A DNA stretch of 64,000 nucleotides from an uncultured Prochlorococcus sp. (GCA_902622705.1 CACNQT010000003.1:36903-100902); one strand, 5' to 3'. Positions 51,781 through 64,000 are shown, counted from the stretch's first letter. Program-made: numbers and translations. The notes: generated by a model not told the origin, from the letters alone.

Positions 51781-52722
51781 CTAAATAGTAGTATCAGTAG
51801 ATCTATTTTCCCATAATGACCTTCTCTGGCTAACAAAAAATACCGAGATAAGAACAAACATGACCCCTATCCATTGAATAATGGTAAGCCTTTCATCTAA
51901 CCAAAAGCCTCCACTTAAAAGAGCAAATATAGGTGTCAAAAATGCAAGAGTACTAAATCCAGTTATCTCTTTATTATTTGCAAAGTAGAAAAACAATCCA
52001 TAAGCTATTGCTCCCCCAAAGATACTTGCGAATGACATAAGACCCCAATCAAATATTGACCAATTTGGAATTATTTGAAAATTTGATTGTAAGCAATGCT
52101 TGATAATTAAGGGCACACTTCCTAAAACCATGTGCCATCCAGTAACTGTAACTGGATCACTTTTAGTACAAGTGAACCTTATTAAAATTGTTCCTAGTGC
52201 CATTGCCAGAGAAGCGGCAAGCATCCAAAGTTCTCCAAAATTGAAGGTCACATCACTTATAGCCTTATCAGACATAAGCCACCAGTTTTCCAATAATTCT
52301 TGAGGGACACCTAAGAATACAATTCCTCCCAAGCCAAAAAGTAAACCTAACCACCCTATTGGATTAATTAAATTTCCAAAGATTGCCCTAGCTAAAATTG
52401 CCACCAAAAGTGGTTGAGAATCAATCAATACAGACCCGAGACCTGCACCAGTTTTTGCGATTCCATAAGTTAAAAATAACTGAAAAAAAGTAGCATCTAC
52501 TATTGTAAAAACGAAAAACCACTTCAAATCGCACTTATAAATTTTTAAATCTCTTTTTAACAAATATGTTGTTATTAGAACAAGAATTCCTGCAGGGAGT
52601 AATCTCAAAGAAGCCACTAACTCTGGACCAGCACTAGATACTAAAGGAGTCATGGCGGCCATTGAAGTCCCCCAAAGTGCGAAAGGGAGTATCATTAAAA
52701 ACCAATTTAGGATTGAATTCAT
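51781..52722 (-). CDS. DMT/EamA-family transporter
   Basis: Ten TM, two EamA repeats (LWGTS, DSQPL, FLTPIFA). Confidence 0.9.
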   Translation of the reverse strand: MNSILNWFLMILPFALWGTSMAAMTPLVSSAGPELVASLRLLPAGILVLITTYLLKRDLKIYKCDLKWFFVFTIVDATFFQLFLTYGIAKTGAGLGSVLIDSQPLLVAILARAIFGNLINPIGWLGLLFGLGGIVFLGVPQELLENWWLMSDKAISDVTFNFGELWMLAASLAMALGTILIRFTCTKSDPVTVTGWHMVLGSVPLIIKHCLQSNFQIIPNWSIFDWGLMSFASIFGGAIAYGLFFYFANNKEITGFSTLAFLTPIFALLSGGFWLDERLTIIQWIGVMFVLISVFFVSQRRSLWENRSTDTTI

Positions 52723-52774
52723 TAGGTCTGCTGATAATCTTTTTAAAGTAGTTTTATGTTTTTACCTAAAAAGA

Positions 52775-53584
52775 ATGATTTGGCCTTTTAGACGAAAGTC
52801 AAAAAAAAGAATGGCTCGTATTTTAATTAATGAGCCTATTACAAGTTCTACAAGAGATTCTGTCCTAAAAGCTCTTAAACAAATAGAGGATAGAGAATTT
52901 CCTGCTTTAATCGTGAGAATTGATTCTCCAGGAGGTACTGTTGGTGATAGCCAAGAAATATACTCTGCCATCAAAAGATTAAAAGATAAGGGGTGTAAAG
53001 TCATTGCTAGTTTTGGGAACATATCGGCATCTGGAGGTGTTTACATTGGTGTTGCATCTCACAAGATAGTTGCAAATCCTGGGACAATAACAGGATCTAT
53101 AGGAGTAATTATAAGAGGAAATAACTTATCTGAATTGTTAGACAAAGTTGGCATAAAATTTGAGACTGTTAAAAGCGGTGTATTTAAAGATATACTTTCT
53201 CCAGATAAACCTTTAAGTGAAGAAGGTAGAGGACTGCTTCAAGGCCTTATTGATGAAAGTTATAAACAATTTACCGAAGCTGTTGCTGAAGGAAGAAATT
53301 TACCTGTTGAAGAAGTAAGAAAATTTGCCGATGGAAGAATTTTCACTGGAACGCAAGCAAAAGAATTAGGTCTTGTTGATGAAGTTGGAGATGAGTTTGT
53401 TGCCAGGGAACTTGCCGCAAAAATGGTTAATATTGATCCTAAAATTGAGCCTTTAACATTTGGAAAGAAAAAAAAGAAAATACTTGGACTAATTCCGGGA
53501 GGTAAAATTATCCAAAAAGTAATCAATAGTATCTTTTTTGAGATTGATTCATCTAATAAAATACTTTGGTTATATAAGCCCTAG
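52775..53584 (+). CDS. sppA: Signal peptide peptidase SppA
   Basis: RIDSPGG, SASGGVY, TGSIGV, DGRIFTG; start placed at MIWPF. Confidence 0.93.
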   Translation: MIWPFRRKSKKRMARILINEPITSSTRDSVLKALKQIEDREFPALIVRIDSPGGTVGDSQEIYSAIKRLKDKGCKVIASFGNISASGGVYIGVASHKIVANPGTITGSIGVIIRGNNLSELLDKVGIKFETVKSGVFKDILSPDKPLSEEGRGLLQGLIDESYKQFTEAVAEGRNLPVEEVRKFADGRIFTGTQAKELGLVDEVGDEFVARELAAKMVNIDPKIEPLTFGKKKKKILGLIPGGKIIQKVINSIFFEIDSSNKILWLYKP

Positions 53585-53590
53585 ATCTAT

Positions 53591-53974
53591 ATGTACGAAA
53601 AAACAAAAAATAATTATAACATTGCATTTATTCGAGGAGCTACTACAGCATCTGGTAATTCCGTTAAAGAAATTGAGGATGCTGTAGTTGAATTAATAGA
53701 TGAATTAATTTCACGGAACAACCTAATTAAAACAAACTTATTATCCATAACATTTACCGCAACAAAAGATTTAGATGCATGTTTCCCTGCTTCAATAGCA
53801 AGGAAATGTAACGGACTTGATTCAGTAGCTTTTATAGACTGTCAACAAATGTATGTACCTAACGATATAGATTTTTGTATAAGAATAATGGCACAAGCCC
53901 TGTTACCGCAAAATAATCCCATAAACCATCCTTATTTAAGAGGTGCTTCAAAATTAAGGGCAGATAGATGTTAA
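53591..53974 (+). CDS. aroH: Chorismate mutase, AroH type
   Basis: IRGATT, DLDACFPA, CIR, HPYLRGASKLR. Confidence 0.92.
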   Translation: MYEKTKNNYNIAFIRGATTASGNSVKEIEDAVVELIDELISRNNLIKTNLLSITFTATKDLDACFPASIARKCNGLDSVAFIDCQQMYVPNDIDFCIRIMAQALLPQNNPINHPYLRGASKLRADRC

Positions 53975-54044
53975 TCTTAGTAAAACAATATTCCAGCTTA
54001 AATTTGGATAAACCCACTTAATCCTTTAAAAATTTATTTAATCA

Positions 54045-54626
54045 ATGTTAAAAAAAACAAATAAACATGCTTTAAATTTTAAGATTTTAAAATTTTTTCT
54101 TATCCCTACAATTTTAGTTTCAACTCCATTTTTTAATAACCTCCAAGATGCCAAAGCAGGGTTAGAATTCCAGTGGGATCAAGACTCGGGGTATAGACGA
54201 TTGAAGTGGTTTCAAAAAGAAAATAGACGTAAAATTAGAAATACGATTTATTTTTTCTTGAGACCATCCGACAGAAGAACTGATCTTTTAAAAATAAATC
54301 TAGCCATTCCTAAGAGTTTCAAAGCAAATTTAGATACAGAAAAAATAAGTATTTGTAAGGTAAAAATAGGTGGTTTTGAAAGTCGTACAAAATGTTTAGA
54401 GGATCTTCCAGCAGATATTGAAATCAATACAGATCAATCTTCACTTCGTTCTTTAAACATTTATCCTTATAGCCCAATTCCTTCTGATAAAGAAAGTTAT
54501 GCCATTGTATTAAAAAAAGTAATTAATCCAAAAAGATCAGGGCTATATCAATTCCATTCATTTGGTCAGCCTAAAGGGGAATCCGTTTCAAGATATTTAG
54601 GAAGCTGGACCATAGTGATCGATTAA
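54045..54626 (+). CDS. DUF2808-like exported protein
   Basis: Signal peptide; NPKRSGLYQF...YLGSW. Confidence 0.75.
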   Translation: MLKKTNKHALNFKILKFFLIPTILVSTPFFNNLQDAKAGLEFQWDQDSGYRRLKWFQKENRRKIRNTIYFFLRPSDRRTDLLKINLAIPKSFKANLDTEKISICKVKIGGFESRTKCLEDLPADIEINTDQSSLRSLNIYPYSPIPSDKESYAIVLKKVINPKRSGLYQFHSFGQPKGESVSRYLGSWTIVID

Positions 54627-54656
54627 ATGATAAATTAATTAAGGGTATTTAAAAAA

Positions 54657-54794
54657 ATGACTAAAAGAACTTTTGGCGGGACTTCAAGAAAAAGAAAACG
54701 TGTGTCTGGTTTTAGAGTGAGAATGCGTTCTCATACTGGCAGAAGAGTTATTAAAAGTAGAAGGCAAAAAGGTAGAGAAAGGATAGCTGTCTAA
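54657..54794 (+). CDS. rpmH: 50S ribosomal protein L34
   Basis: Hand-translated [45 protein letters not shown]. Confidence 0.97.
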
Positions 54795-54806
54795 TTCAAA
54801 ATTTTA

Positions 54807-55193
54807 ATGGCCTTACCTAAAGATATGCGTTTAAAAGGTCATAGGACTTTTAATTATATTCATAAAAATTCAATAATATATCATGGAAAATTGATGACAT
54901 TTAAAGTAGCAAAATCAAATCCAAAAATCCTCTTATCCCATAAATTTACAAATTGCTCAAACAATTTTAGAGTTGCAATTGCTATTAGCAAAAAAGTTTC
55001 AAAAAAAGCTGTAGAAAGAAATAAATTAAGAAGAATTCTCCAAGAGTGGTTATTATCAAATATTCAAAAAATTAATAACCACAAACCTTATTGGTTACTT
55101 GTTAACCTAAGATTTGGAGATTTCTGCAATGATAAAACTAGACTTTTGGAGGAATTTCAAAACTTAATGTTCAAATCTCGTCTAATCAAATGA
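54807..55193 (+). CDS. rnpA: Ribonuclease P protein component
   Basis: ISKKVSKKAVERNKLRR; position after rpmH. Confidence 0.95.
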   Translation: MALPKDMRLKGHRTFNYIHKNSIIYHGKLMTFKVAKSNPKILLSHKFTNCSNNFRVAIAISKKVSKKAVERNKLRRILQEWLLSNIQKINNHKPYWLLVNLRFGDFCNDKTRLLEEFQNLMFKSRLIK

Positions 55194-55603
55194 TTAACAT
55201 GAATGAAGAAATCTTTTATGAAGGTGGTCCTGCAAAAAGTGATTTAATAATAAATTTACTAGCAGGGGTAACTATTCTTGGTTTGCCATTTACCTTTGCT
55301 GCGATAGTTAGAGCTTTGTGGTTGAGATATAAAATTACAAACAAAAGAATTACAATAGATGGCGGGTGGTTTGGCAAAAACAAAACACAAGTATCATTGA
55401 GCAATATCGAGGAAATCAGATCTATTCCAAGGGGATTTGGATCATATGGAGATATGGTTCTTATTCTTAATGACGGGTCAAAGGTTGAAATGAAATCATT
55501 ACCTTTATTTAGAGAAAAGCAAAAGTTTATTGAAGAAAAAATAAGTAAGGGATCACAAGTTTCAAATCTTAACGAGGTAGAAGGATTTGCTACTAAATCC
55601 TAA
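55190..55603 (+). CDS. Bacterial PH-domain membrane protein
   Basis: YEGGP, RYKITNKRI, YGDMV; conserved position between rnpA and yidC. Confidence 0.85.
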   Translation: MINMNEEIFYEGGPAKSDLIINLLAGVTILGLPFTFAAIVRALWLRYKITNKRITIDGGWFGKNKTQVSLSNIEEIRSIPRGFGSYGDMVLILNDGSKVEMKSLPLFREKQKFIEEKISKGSQVSNLNEVEGFATKS

Positions 55604-55675
55604 ATAAACTAATTACAAAAACCTTATTTTCCTGTAAAATAAAATGTCTAATAAAATTACACTCTCTTTAGTATC

Positions 55676-56818
55676 GTGATAGGGTTCATTTCTGAAAAAC
55701 TACTTATCCCGATTCTAGATTTTTTCTACGGTCTAGTCCCTAGTTATGGTTTAGCAATTGTTGCATTAACAGTTGTAATTAGAATTGCACTTTTCCCTTT
55801 AAGCGCTGGTTCCATTAGAAGTGCCAGAAGAATGAAGATTGCTCAACCAGTAATGCAAAAAAGGCAAGCAGAAATAAAATCTAGGTTTTCAGGTGATCCA
55901 AAGAAACAGCAAGAAGAATTAGGAAAACTAATGAATGAGTTTGGAAGTCCTCTAGCGGGTTGCCTTCCATTAATCGTACAAATGCCTGTATTATTTGCGT
56001 TATTTGCTACATTAAGGGGCTCACCATTTGCTGATGTTCCATACAACATAAATCTTAAGGTGGTTCCACAGGATCAAATTGCAGCTATTGATCCAAAACC
56101 ATATAAATCTCCAAGACACTCCATATTTATTACAGAAAAATCTCATTTTCCTGTAATAGCAACCATTCCTAATGGAACAAAATTAGGAACAGAAGAATCA
56201 ATCAAAATAAATTTGCAAACAACAAATGGAAATAATTATTCGGAAGTTTTATCAAAATACGATGATGGTTCTAAATTTCTCCCTACTTGGAAGGTTTCAA
56301 AAGGGTCTGAAATCCTTAAAGTTTCCCAAGATGGTACCGTAACTGCAATTAAACCTGGTGATGCAACAATTGAGGCTAAAATTCCTGGTTTAGCTGCCAA
56401 AAGCGGTTTTCTTTTTATTAAGGCTCTTGGTCAAGTTGGCTTTTATGTAGATGGAGCTATTAATTGGGATATTGCTGCACTTGTCGGTGCCTTTGGATTA
56501 ACCCTACTTCTCTCACAACTTTTGTCCAGTCAGGGTATGCCTGCAAATCCACAGCAATCAACGGCCAACAAAATTACACCAGTCATGATTACTGGTATGT
56601 TTCTGTTTTTCCCTCTACCAGCAGGCGTATTGCTATATATGGTTGTTGCCAACATATTTCAAGCATTTCAAACATTTCTTCTTAATAAAGAAGCTCTTCC
56701 TGAGAATCTACAGAAAATTTTGGATCAACAATTACTAGCCAAAAATGAAGTTATAACAACCTCAGCTTCAACTATCTCAGATAAAAGATTGCCTTTTGAA
56801 CCAAATAGCAAAAAATAG
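55676..56818 (+). CDS. yidC: Membrane protein insertase YidC
   Basis: [29 protein letters not shown]. Confidence 0.96.
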   Translation: MIGFISEKLLIPILDFFYGLVPSYGLAIVALTVVIRIALFPLSAGSIRSARRMKIAQPVMQKRQAEIKSRFSGDPKKQQEELGKLMNEFGSPLAGCLPLIVQMPVLFALFATLRGSPFADVPYNINLKVVPQDQIAAIDPKPYKSPRHSIFITEKSHFPVIATIPNGTKLGTEESIKINLQTTNGNNYSEVLSKYDDGSKFLPTWKVSKGSEILKVSQDGTVTAIKPGDATIEAKIPGLAAKSGFLFIKALGQVGFYVDGAINWDIAALVGAFGLTLLLSQLLSSQGMPANPQQSTANKITPVMITGMFLFFPLPAGVLLYMVVANIFQAFQTFLLNKEALPENLQKILDQQLLAKNEVITTSASTISDKRLPFEPNSKK

Positions 56819-56833
56819 TCTTAGTCTTAAATA

Positions 56834-58300
56834 ATGAATTCTTGGTGTAGAAATTTAGAATTACTTATAAAATCAAGATCTTCATTAATTTGGATAAGGA
56901 CTAAAGAAGAGGAAAGATTAGAAAAGTTAGTATATTTATCTTGTAAAAAGTTAAATATAAAAAGATTCGTTTCCTGGGATTGCGTTAGCGGTATTAAAGG
57001 ATTAATAAATGAAGAACGTAAGTTTTCCAACAATCCATTAGGAGTGCTTAATTGGCTTAAGGAACAAAATCCTGGAGCATCGACAATATTATTGGTTAAA
57101 GATTTTCATAAATTTTATGATGATCCAACTATTAATAGAACTATCAAAGAATTATCTTCTGGGCTTAAGGAAACTAGTCATAATCTAATTATTAGTTCAC
57201 ATCTATTTCCTTCATCAGAAGAGCTTGATGAATTAATGACAATTATAAACTTACCTTTACCTGATCAAAATGAATTGAAAAATCTAATAAAAAAAATTGC
57301 TGCGAACAGCAATTCAAATCTTGATGAACAAGACTTAAATAAACTTTCTGAAGCTGCAAGCGGATTAACAGAAATAAAAGTAAAGCAAGTTACTGCAAAG
57401 GCACTTGCTCAAAGAGGGAAATTAAGTAAAAAAGATATCAAAGATATTCTTGAAGAGAAAAAACAAGTAATTGCCAGAAGTGAAATTTTAGAATTTTTTG
57501 AAACAAAATCAAGTCAGGATGATATTGGTGGTTTAAATGTCCTAAAAGTTTGGCTTAATCAAAGATATAGTGCCTTTTCTAAAGAAGCTAGAGACTATGG
57601 ACTTCCTATACCAAAAGGAGTTTTACTTGTTGGAGCACAAGGAACAGGGAAATCTCTTACTGCAAAATCAATTTCTAAGAGTTGGTCTATGCCACTTCTA
57701 AGGTTAGATGTTGGAAGACTATTTTCTAGCCTTGTTGGTTCAAGCGAAGCAAGAACAAGAGAAACAATATCAAGAGCTGAGGCGATGTCCCCTTGTATTC
57801 TTTGGATTGATGAAATTGATAAAGGCTTTGGTGGCGATGCTAGAAGCGATGGAGGGACAAGTCAAAGGGTATTGGCAAGTTTGTTAACTTGGATGTCTGA
57901 AAAAGAATCCGCCGTATTTGTAATTGCAACTGCTAATGCTATAGATAAACTTCCTGCTGAATTATTAAGAAAAGGCAGGTTTGATGAAATATTTTTTCTT
58001 GATTTACCAAATTCAGAAGAAAGATCAAGCATTCTTGATTTGCACTTAAAAAAAAGAAGACCAAATTATAGTTTCCCTCTCTCTACCATTATTGACAGAA
58101 CAGATGGATTCTCTGGGGCTGAACTTGAACAAGCAGTAATAGAGGGTATGCACATTTCATTCTCTGAAAATAGAGAGCTTATGGAGAAAGATTTAATAAA
58201 GGCAGTTTCTGAATTAGTTCCTTTATCCAGAACAGCCAAAGAGCAAATTGATTTACTAAAACAATGGTCATCTACAGGCCGGGCTCGTTCTGCATCGTAA
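56834..58300 (+). CDS. ycf46: Ycf46-family AAA ATPase
   Basis: GAQGTGKS Walker A, LWIDEIDK Walker B, PAELLRKGRFDE. Confidence 0.88.
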   Translation: MNSWCRNLELLIKSRSSLIWIRTKEEERLEKLVYLSCKKLNIKRFVSWDCVSGIKGLINEERKFSNNPLGVLNWLKEQNPGASTILLVKDFHKFYDDPTINRTIKELSSGLKETSHNLIISSHLFPSSEELDELMTIINLPLPDQNELKNLIKKIAANSNSNLDEQDLNKLSEAASGLTEIKVKQVTAKALAQRGKLSKKDIKDILEEKKQVIARSEILEFFETKSSQDDIGGLNVLKVWLNQRYSAFSKEARDYGLPIPKGVLLVGAQGTGKSLTAKSISKSWSMPLLRLDVGRLFSSLVGSSEARTRETISRAEAMSPCILWIDEIDKGFGGDARSDGGTSQRVLASLLTWMSEKESAVFVIATANAIDKLPAELLRKGRFDEIFFLDLPNSEERSSILDLHLKKRRPNYSFPLSTIIDRTDGFSGAELEQAVIEGMHISFSENRELMEKDLIKAVSELVPLSRTAKEQIDLLKQWSSTGRARSAS

Positions 58301-58426
58301 TAACTTTCTAATTTATTAAAAATACTGCATAAGTTAGGAATCATTAATTTAGTTAATTTTTCATCAAAAATCTCTAATAATGATTTTAGATTAACTATCT
58401 TAATTAAGGTATAGAACAAAAAAAGA

Positions 58427-59704
58427 GTGTTAGATCAAAAATTAATAAGAGAAAATCCAACATCTGTTGAAGAGAATTTATCCTTAAGAGGAAAAGTTTA
58501 TAATATATCCCACATTCACGAATTAACCGTTAAAAAAAAAGAAATTGATATAGAAATATCCAGTCTCCAATCTGAAAGCAAAAAATTAAGTAAATTAATT
58601 GGTCAAGAAATTAGCAAATCTCAAAACAATGATTCTCCAGAACTCAATAATTTAAAGAAAAAAGGAAACGATTACAGAACCAGAATTTCTGAATTTGAAG
58701 AGAAAAAAAGAATATTGGATAAACAAATACATAATGAGATAAGTAACTTGCCAAATTTTCCGAGCAAAGATGCACCTATTGGAAAAGATGAAAGTAATAA
58801 TATCCAAGTGAAAACTTGGGGAGACCCTTTGATTAAAGATAACCTTAAATCTCACTGGGAAATAGGCGAAAGTCTAAATCTTTTTGACTCAATAAAATCA
58901 ACAAAAATTTCAAAAAGTCGTTTTATTACACTTATTGGTAATGGCGCCAGATTAGAAAGGGCATTGATTAATTTCATGCTCGACATGCATACTAAAAATG
59001 GTTATTTAGAGTTGATGCCTCCAGCTTTAATAAATTCAGAAAGTCTCCAAGGATCTGGGCAGTTACCTAAATTTTCCAACGAGAGTTTTAAGTGTTCTAA
59101 TGATGATTTATGGCTTTCTCCCACAGCTGAAGTTCCACTAACTGCTTTTCATAAGAAGGAGATTATTGATCCCAACCTTTTACCCATAAAGTATGTTGCA
59201 TATAGTCCATGTTTTAGAAGGGAGGCTGGAAGTTACGGGCGGGACACTAAAGGTTTAATAAGACTTCATCAATTTAATAAGGTTGAGCTATATTGGTTTT
59301 GTGACCCCAGTAAATCCTTAAAGGCTCATAAAAATATTACTGCTGATGCGGAAAGCATTTTAAAAAAACTAAACCTACCCTACAGGTTGGTAGATATATG
59401 CACAGGAGACTTAGGCTTTTCTTCCAGTAGAACTTTTGATCTAGAAGTTTGGCTGCCAAGTAGTAAAAGTTATAGAGAAATTTCAAGTTGCAGCAATTGT
59501 TTAGATTTCCAAGCACGCAGATCATCAATAAGAACAAAAATTGATAAAAAGAATACATATTTACATACCTTAAATGGCAGTGGTCTTGCAATTGGGAGAA
59601 CAGTAGCTGCAATACTTGAGAATGGCCAACAACCTGATGGGAGCGTAAAGATTCCAGATGCTTTAGTTCCTTATTTTGGGTCAAATTTTTTAAAAACTAC
59701 TTAA
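58427..59704 (+). CDS. serS: Seryl-tRNA synthetase
   Basis: [43 protein letters not shown]. Confidence 0.98.
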   Translation: MLDQKLIRENPTSVEENLSLRGKVYNISHIHELTVKKKEIDIEISSLQSESKKLSKLIGQEISKSQNNDSPELNNLKKKGNDYRTRISEFEEKKRILDKQIHNEISNLPNFPSKDAPIGKDESNNIQVKTWGDPLIKDNLKSHWEIGESLNLFDSIKSTKISKSRFITLIGNGARLERALINFMLDMHTKNGYLELMPPALINSESLQGSGQLPKFSNESFKCSNDDLWLSPTAEVPLTAFHKKEIIDPNLLPIKYVAYSPCFRREAGSYGRDTKGLIRLHQFNKVELYWFCDPSKSLKAHKNITADAESILKKLNLPYRLVDICTGDLGFSSSRTFDLEVWLPSSKSYREISSCSNCLDFQARRSSIRTKIDKKNTYLHTLNGSGLAIGRTVAAILENGQQPDGSVKIPDALVPYFGSNFLKTT

Positions 59705-59713
59705 TATAAAATA

Positions 59714-60793
59714 ATGAATGTTTTAACTTCAATAACAGTTCTGGGATTTCTCATTTTTTTTCATGAGATGGGACATTTTCTTGCAGCAATTTTACAAGGT
59801 ATTTACGTTGATGGATTCTCAATTGGATTTGGACCCTCAATAATTCAGAAAAAATATAAAGATATTACTTATTCATTCAGAGCTTTTCCTCTAGGGGGCT
59901 TCGTTTCCTTCCCTGATGAAGAACTTAATAATATTGACTCTAAAGACCCAAATCTTCTAAAAAATAGACCAATAATTCAGAGAGTAATTGTGATCTCAGC
60001 TGGAGTATTCGCTAACCTAATCCTTGCTTATTCAATCTTAATTATAAATGTAGCTACTGTGGGAATTCCCTTCGATCCCGAACCTGGAATTTTAGTCTTG
60101 GCTACACAGCCTGAAAAGGCTGCTTATCTTGCAGGATTAAAACCAGGAGATAAAATCTTAGAAATTGAAACTAATACTTTAGGATCTGGAGATCAAGCTG
60201 TTTCCACCTTAGTAAAAGAGATTCAAAATTCATCAGAAAACCCAATTTCAATAAAAATTGAGAGAGATGGAATTTTTAAAGATTTAACTTTGACACCCAA
60301 AAATATTGATGGTAAAGGCACAATAGGAGCTCAATTACAGCCCAATATAAGAAAAGAGACTAAGAAGACAAAAAACTTTTATGAACTTTTTAAATATACT
60401 AATAATCAGTTTTCATCTCTTTTGGTAAAAACAATTCAAGGTTATAAAGGATTGATAACAAATTTTTCATCAACAGCTCAACAATTAAGTGGTCCAGTCA
60501 AAATTGTTGAAATTGGCGCTCAACTTTCCCAACAAGGCGGAACAGGGATACTATTATTTGCAGCTTTAATTTCAATAAATTTAGCAGTTCTCAATTCATT
60601 GCCTTTACCACTATTAGATGGTGGGCAACTTGTTTTCACTTTAATTGAGGGGTTTAGGGGGAAACCTGTACCAGTTAAGATACAAATGCTTGTTACTCAA
60701 TCCAGTTTTTTTCTTTTAGTTGGACTAAGTGTGCTCCTCATCATTCGGGATACTAGTCAGCTTCTAATAGTACAAAGATTATTTAACCAATAA
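59714..60793 (+). CDS. rseP: RIP metalloprotease RseP
   Basis: HEMGH, PDZ domain, NSLPLPLLDGG. Confidence 0.95.
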   Translation: MNVLTSITVLGFLIFFHEMGHFLAAILQGIYVDGFSIGFGPSIIQKKYKDITYSFRAFPLGGFVSFPDEELNNIDSKDPNLLKNRPIIQRVIVISAGVFANLILAYSILIINVATVGIPFDPEPGILVLATQPEKAAYLAGLKPGDKILEIETNTLGSGDQAVSTLVKEIQNSSENPISIKIERDGIFKDLTLTPKNIDGKGTIGAQLQPNIRKETKKTKNFYELFKYTNNQFSSLLVKTIQGYKGLITNFSSTAQQLSGPVKIVEIGAQLSQQGGTGILLFAALISINLAVLNSLPLPLLDGGQLVFTLIEGFRGKPVPVKIQMLVTQSSFFLLVGLSVLLIIRDTSQLLIVQRLFNQ

Positions 60794-60854
60794 ATAATTT
60801 TTAAAAAAAGTTATTCAAGCTGTTAGAATAGTAAAACTAATAAAATTATTTTAA

Positions 60855-61157
60855 ATGGCTAAAAAGTCCATGATTGCTAGAGAGGTCAAACGCAAAAAGC
60901 TAGTAAAAAAATATGCTGCAAAAAGAAAATCATTATTAGATGAGTTTAATGCCGCGAAAGATCCTATGGAAAGATTAGAAATCCATCGAAAGATCCAAGG
61001 ATTACCAAGAAACTCAGCTCCAAACAGAGTTAGAAATAGATGTTGGGCAACTGGCAAGCCTAGAGGAGTATATAGAGACTTTGGATTATGTAGAAACCAA
61101 TTAAGACAAAGAGCCCATAATGGTGAATTGCCAGGTGTTGTAAAGTCAAGTTGGTAA
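60855..61157 (+). CDS. rpsN: 30S ribosomal protein S14
   Basis: [10 protein letters not shown]...[11 protein letters not shown]. Confidence 0.98.
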   Translation: MAKKSMIAREVKRKKLVKKYAAKRKSLLDEFNAAKDPMERLEIHRKIQGLPRNSAPNRVRNRCWATGKPRGVYRDFGLCRNQLRQRAHNGELPGVVKSSW

Positions 61158-61332
61158 TAAATTATTTTATTAAAATTCATTACCTAATTTTTTAAAATGA
61201 AGAAATGGCAAGGATTTGCAGATAATTTTAATGTCTTACTTAAAAAAAAATTAAATCATATTTAAATAAATACTCAATATGTCCCTATTAGATGTAAGAA
61301 TAAATCATGTATACGAATTCATAATTTAAAAA

Positions 61333-63498
61333 GTGGAAGGACAAAATAAGTCGATCACGTTTGACGGACGAGAGATACGACTAACTACAGGACTATATGC
61401 GCCTCAGGCAAATGGATCAGTATTGATTGAATGTGGAGACACTTCTTTATTAGTTACTGCAACAAAAACCACAAAAAAAGAGGCTTCAGACTTTTTGCCT
61501 CTAATATGCGACTATGAGGAAAAACTATATGCTGCAGGCAGGATACCCGGTGGATTCATGAGAAGAGAGGGACGTCCTCCAGAAAGAGCCACATTAATAG
61601 CAAGATTAATTGATAGGCCTATGAGACCACTTTTCCCTAGTTGGATGAGAGATGAGATCCAAATTGTTGCTTCTTGTCTTTCTCTTGATGAAAGGGTGCC
61701 TGCAGATGTTCTTGCTGTGACTGGAGCATCAATAGCAACACTATTGGGAGAGATCCCTTTCTACGGGCCAATGGCCGCAGTAAGAGTTGGCCTTTTAGGC
61801 GATGATTTTATCCTTAATCCAAGTTACCGAGAAATCGAGAAGGGTGATCTTGATATAGTTGTCGCAGGGTCAAACGAGGGGATTGTAATGATTGAGGCTG
61901 GTGCAAACCAACTTTCTGAACAAGATACTATTGAAGCTATAGATTTCGCTTATGAAGCTGTTACTGAATTAATAAAATCTCAAGAAACCCTTCTCGAAGA
62001 ATTAGGGATCAAGCAATCAAAGCCTGAAGATCCAGAGCAAGACAACACATTAATAAGTTATCTAGAGAAAAATTGCTCCAAGCCTATTGATTTAATCTTA
62101 AAGAAATTTGACCAGTCAAAAGAGGAAAGAGATCTAGAGCTTGAGAACATAAAAGCAGATGTTCAAGATAAAATAGATTCTCTTAAGGATGATAATCAAG
62201 TGAAAATACTCACTGCAGAAAATGATAAATTAATACATTCTGATTTTAAAAAATTAACCAAGAAATTAATGAGATTACAAATCATAAATGATGGGAAAAG
62301 GGTTGATGGTAGAGATCTAGACGAAGTAAGAAAAATATCTGCTGCTGCAGGAATACTCCCAAAAAGAGTTCACGGTTCAGCTTTATTTCAAAGAGGTTTA
62401 ACACAAGTATTATCAACAACTACTCTTGGCACTCCAAGTGATGCTCAAGAGATGGATGACCTAAATCCAAGTACCGAAAAGACTTATTTACACCACTATA
62501 ACTTTCCTCCATATTCAGTGGGTGAGACTAGGCCAATGAGAACTCCAGGAAGGAGAGAAATTGGTCATGGAGCCTTAGCTGAAAGAGCAATAATACCTGT
62601 TTTACCAGGGAAAGAAACATTCCCTTACGTACTAAGAGTAGTTAGTGAGGTTTTAAGTTCTAATGGATCTACATCAATGGGATCTGTTTGTGGAAGTTCG
62701 TTATCTTTACTTGATGCTGGTGTTCCCTTAAAAGCTCCTGTAAGCGGCACTGCGATGGGCCTAATTAAAGAAGGCAAAGAAATTAGAATTCTTACAGATA
62801 TTCAAGGAATTGAAGATTTCCTTGGAGATATGGACTTCAAAGTTGCGGGGACTGAAAAAGGAATCACAGCTTTGCAAATGGATATGAAAATTAAAGGCTT
62901 ACCCGTTTCTGTAATTTCCGATGCCATAAAAAAAGCTCGTCCCGCAAGATTACATATATTAGAAAAAATGCAAGAAGCGATTGAAAAACCTAAAGAATCA
63001 TTATCTCCTCATGCCCCAAGACTTTTAAGTTTCAGAATTGATCCTGAACTTATAGGTACTGTGATCGGTCCAGGTGGTAGAACTATCAAAGGTATTACAG
63101 AAAGGACAAACACCAAAATTGATATTGAAGATGGGGGCATTGTTACTATAGCCTCACATGATGGAGCAGCTGCAGAGGAAGCTCAGAAGATAATAGAAGG
63201 CTTAACAAGAAAGGTTCACGAAGGTGAAATCTTTTCAGGAGTAGTTACTAGAATTATTCCTATAGGAGCTTTCGTTGAAATACTCCCTGGTAAAGAGGGT
63301 ATGGTTCACATATCACAATTATCAGAGGCTAGAGTTGAGAGAGTAGAGGATGTTGTCAGGCAAGGTGATGAAGTAACAGTGAGAGTTAGGGAAATTGATA
63401 GTAGAGGTAGGATAAATTTAACCCTTAGAGGTGTTGGTCAGAATAATGGGATGTCCTATCCTGAACCAACTCCAACACCTGTAGCACCTCTCAATTAA
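61333..63498 (+). CDS. pnp: Polyribonucleotide nucleotidyltransferase
   Basis: Two RNase PH domains ([16 protein letters not shown]), KH and S1 domains. Confidence 0.98.
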   Translation: MEGQNKSITFDGREIRLTTGLYAPQANGSVLIECGDTSLLVTATKTTKKEASDFLPLICDYEEKLYAAGRIPGGFMRREGRPPERATLIARLIDRPMRPLFPSWMRDEIQIVASCLSLDERVPADVLAVTGASIATLLGEIPFYGPMAAVRVGLLGDDFILNPSYREIEKGDLDIVVAGSNEGIVMIEAGANQLSEQDTIEAIDFAYEAVTELIKSQETLLEELGIKQSKPEDPEQDNTLISYLEKNCSKPIDLILKKFDQSKEERDLELENIKADVQDKIDSLKDDNQVKILTAENDKLIHSDFKKLTKKLMRLQIINDGKRVDGRDLDEVRKISAAAGILPKRVHGSALFQRGLTQVLSTTTLGTPSDAQEMDDLNPSTEKTYLHHYNFPPYSVGETRPMRTPGRREIGHGALAERAIIPVLPGKETFPYVLRVVSEVLSSNGSTSMGSVCGSSLSLLDAGVPLKAPVSGTAMGLIKEGKEIRILTDIQGIEDFLGDMDFKVAGTEKGITALQMDMKIKGLPVSVISDAIKKARPARLHILEKMQEAIEKPKESLSPHAPRLLSFRIDPELIGTVIGPGGRTIKGITERTNTKIDIEDGGIVTIASHDGAAAEEAQKIIEGLTRKVHEGEIFSGVVTRIIPIGAFVEILPGKEGMVHISQLSEARVERVEDVVRQGDEVTVRVREIDSRGRINLTLRGVGQNNGMSYPEPTPTPVAPLN

Positions 63499-64000
63499 TC
63501 GAAAGGATATAAATCGAATTTTCTTATAATTTGCATTATTTCTGAGCATATACTTTTATGAGAAAATTTATCACTTGTAGCGACTATTATTCCACCTTGC
63601 TCAAAATTTGAGTCTCCATAGGATAATTCATCATTATTTAGATTGGTCAAAGAACCACCAGCAGTTTTTAAGATAGCTTCTGGCGCAGCAAAGTCCCAGT
63701 CTTTAGGTGAACTTTTACCTGGTAGGCTCAAACAAATATAAATATTGCTTTCTCCTCTTAAAATTGAAGCAATCTTACACCCAACACTTCCCATAACAAT
63801 TTGATCTTTAAAGTTTAATTTTTCAATTACCTTTTTTAAAGTGTTATTCCTATGATTTTTACTTGTAACAATGGTCATATCATGAATTCTTCTCTTATTT
63901 TGAAGAAGATTAGTTTTTAAGTGAGTTCCATCTCTCGATTCGCACCAACTTTTTCTTCCGTTAGAAATCCATAATTGATTCTTCTCGGGAATAAGAACAA
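63495..64000 (-). CDS. cysQ: 3'(2'),5'-bisphosphate nucleotidase CysQ / inositol monophosphatase family (5' part outside the window)
   Basis: [16 protein letters not shown]...AGG; frame stays open to the window edge. Confidence 0.85.
   Translation of the reverse strand, partial: VLIPEKNQLWISNGRKSWCESRDGTHLKTNLLQNKRRIHDMTIVTSKNHRNNTLKKVIEKLNFKDQIVMGSVGCKIASILRGESNIYICLSLPGKSSPKDWDFAAPEAILKTAGGSLTNLNNDELSYGDSNFEQGGIIVATSDKFSHKSICSEIMQIIRKFDLYPFD

Overview
AT-rich picocyanobacterial chromosome segment, almost certainly a high-light-adapted Prochlorococcus: it has a pcb/isiA antenna gene, a som porin, a D2 with the Prochlorococcus-type DE-loop insertion, and the typical gene order. Most of the window is core genome: ychF, polA, cysS, dxr, pntAB, NTRC-type trxB, infA, petM, ilvN, ycf4, psbDC, cobQ, glyQ, an iron-stress cluster (idiA/futA, PKHD hydroxylase, porin, pcb/isiA, isiB), rpmH-rnpA-yidC, serS, rpsN, pnp and a partial cysQ. 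Three parts look accessory. (1) 134-8109 holds a candidate extracellular-protease-to-cyclic-nucleotide signalling module: a TPS-domain CHAT (caspase-like) protease, a DUF928 protein, a CHASE2 class III cyclase, a Popeye-like membrane cNMP-binding protein and a divergent class I glutamine-amidotransferase-like enzyme. This is the best candidate for an uncharacterised system. (2) A bestrophin/DUF4239-like membrane gene sits after dxr, preceded by a scar-like sequence. (3) A ~2.4 kb integrase-less element at tRNA-Ser(CGA) is bounded by a degenerate copy of the tRNA 3' end and by paired CCACCAACAC repeats, and carries a 2OG-Fe(II) oxygenase and a TylF-like methyltransferase. All family calls come from motif recognition by eye; no searches were run.
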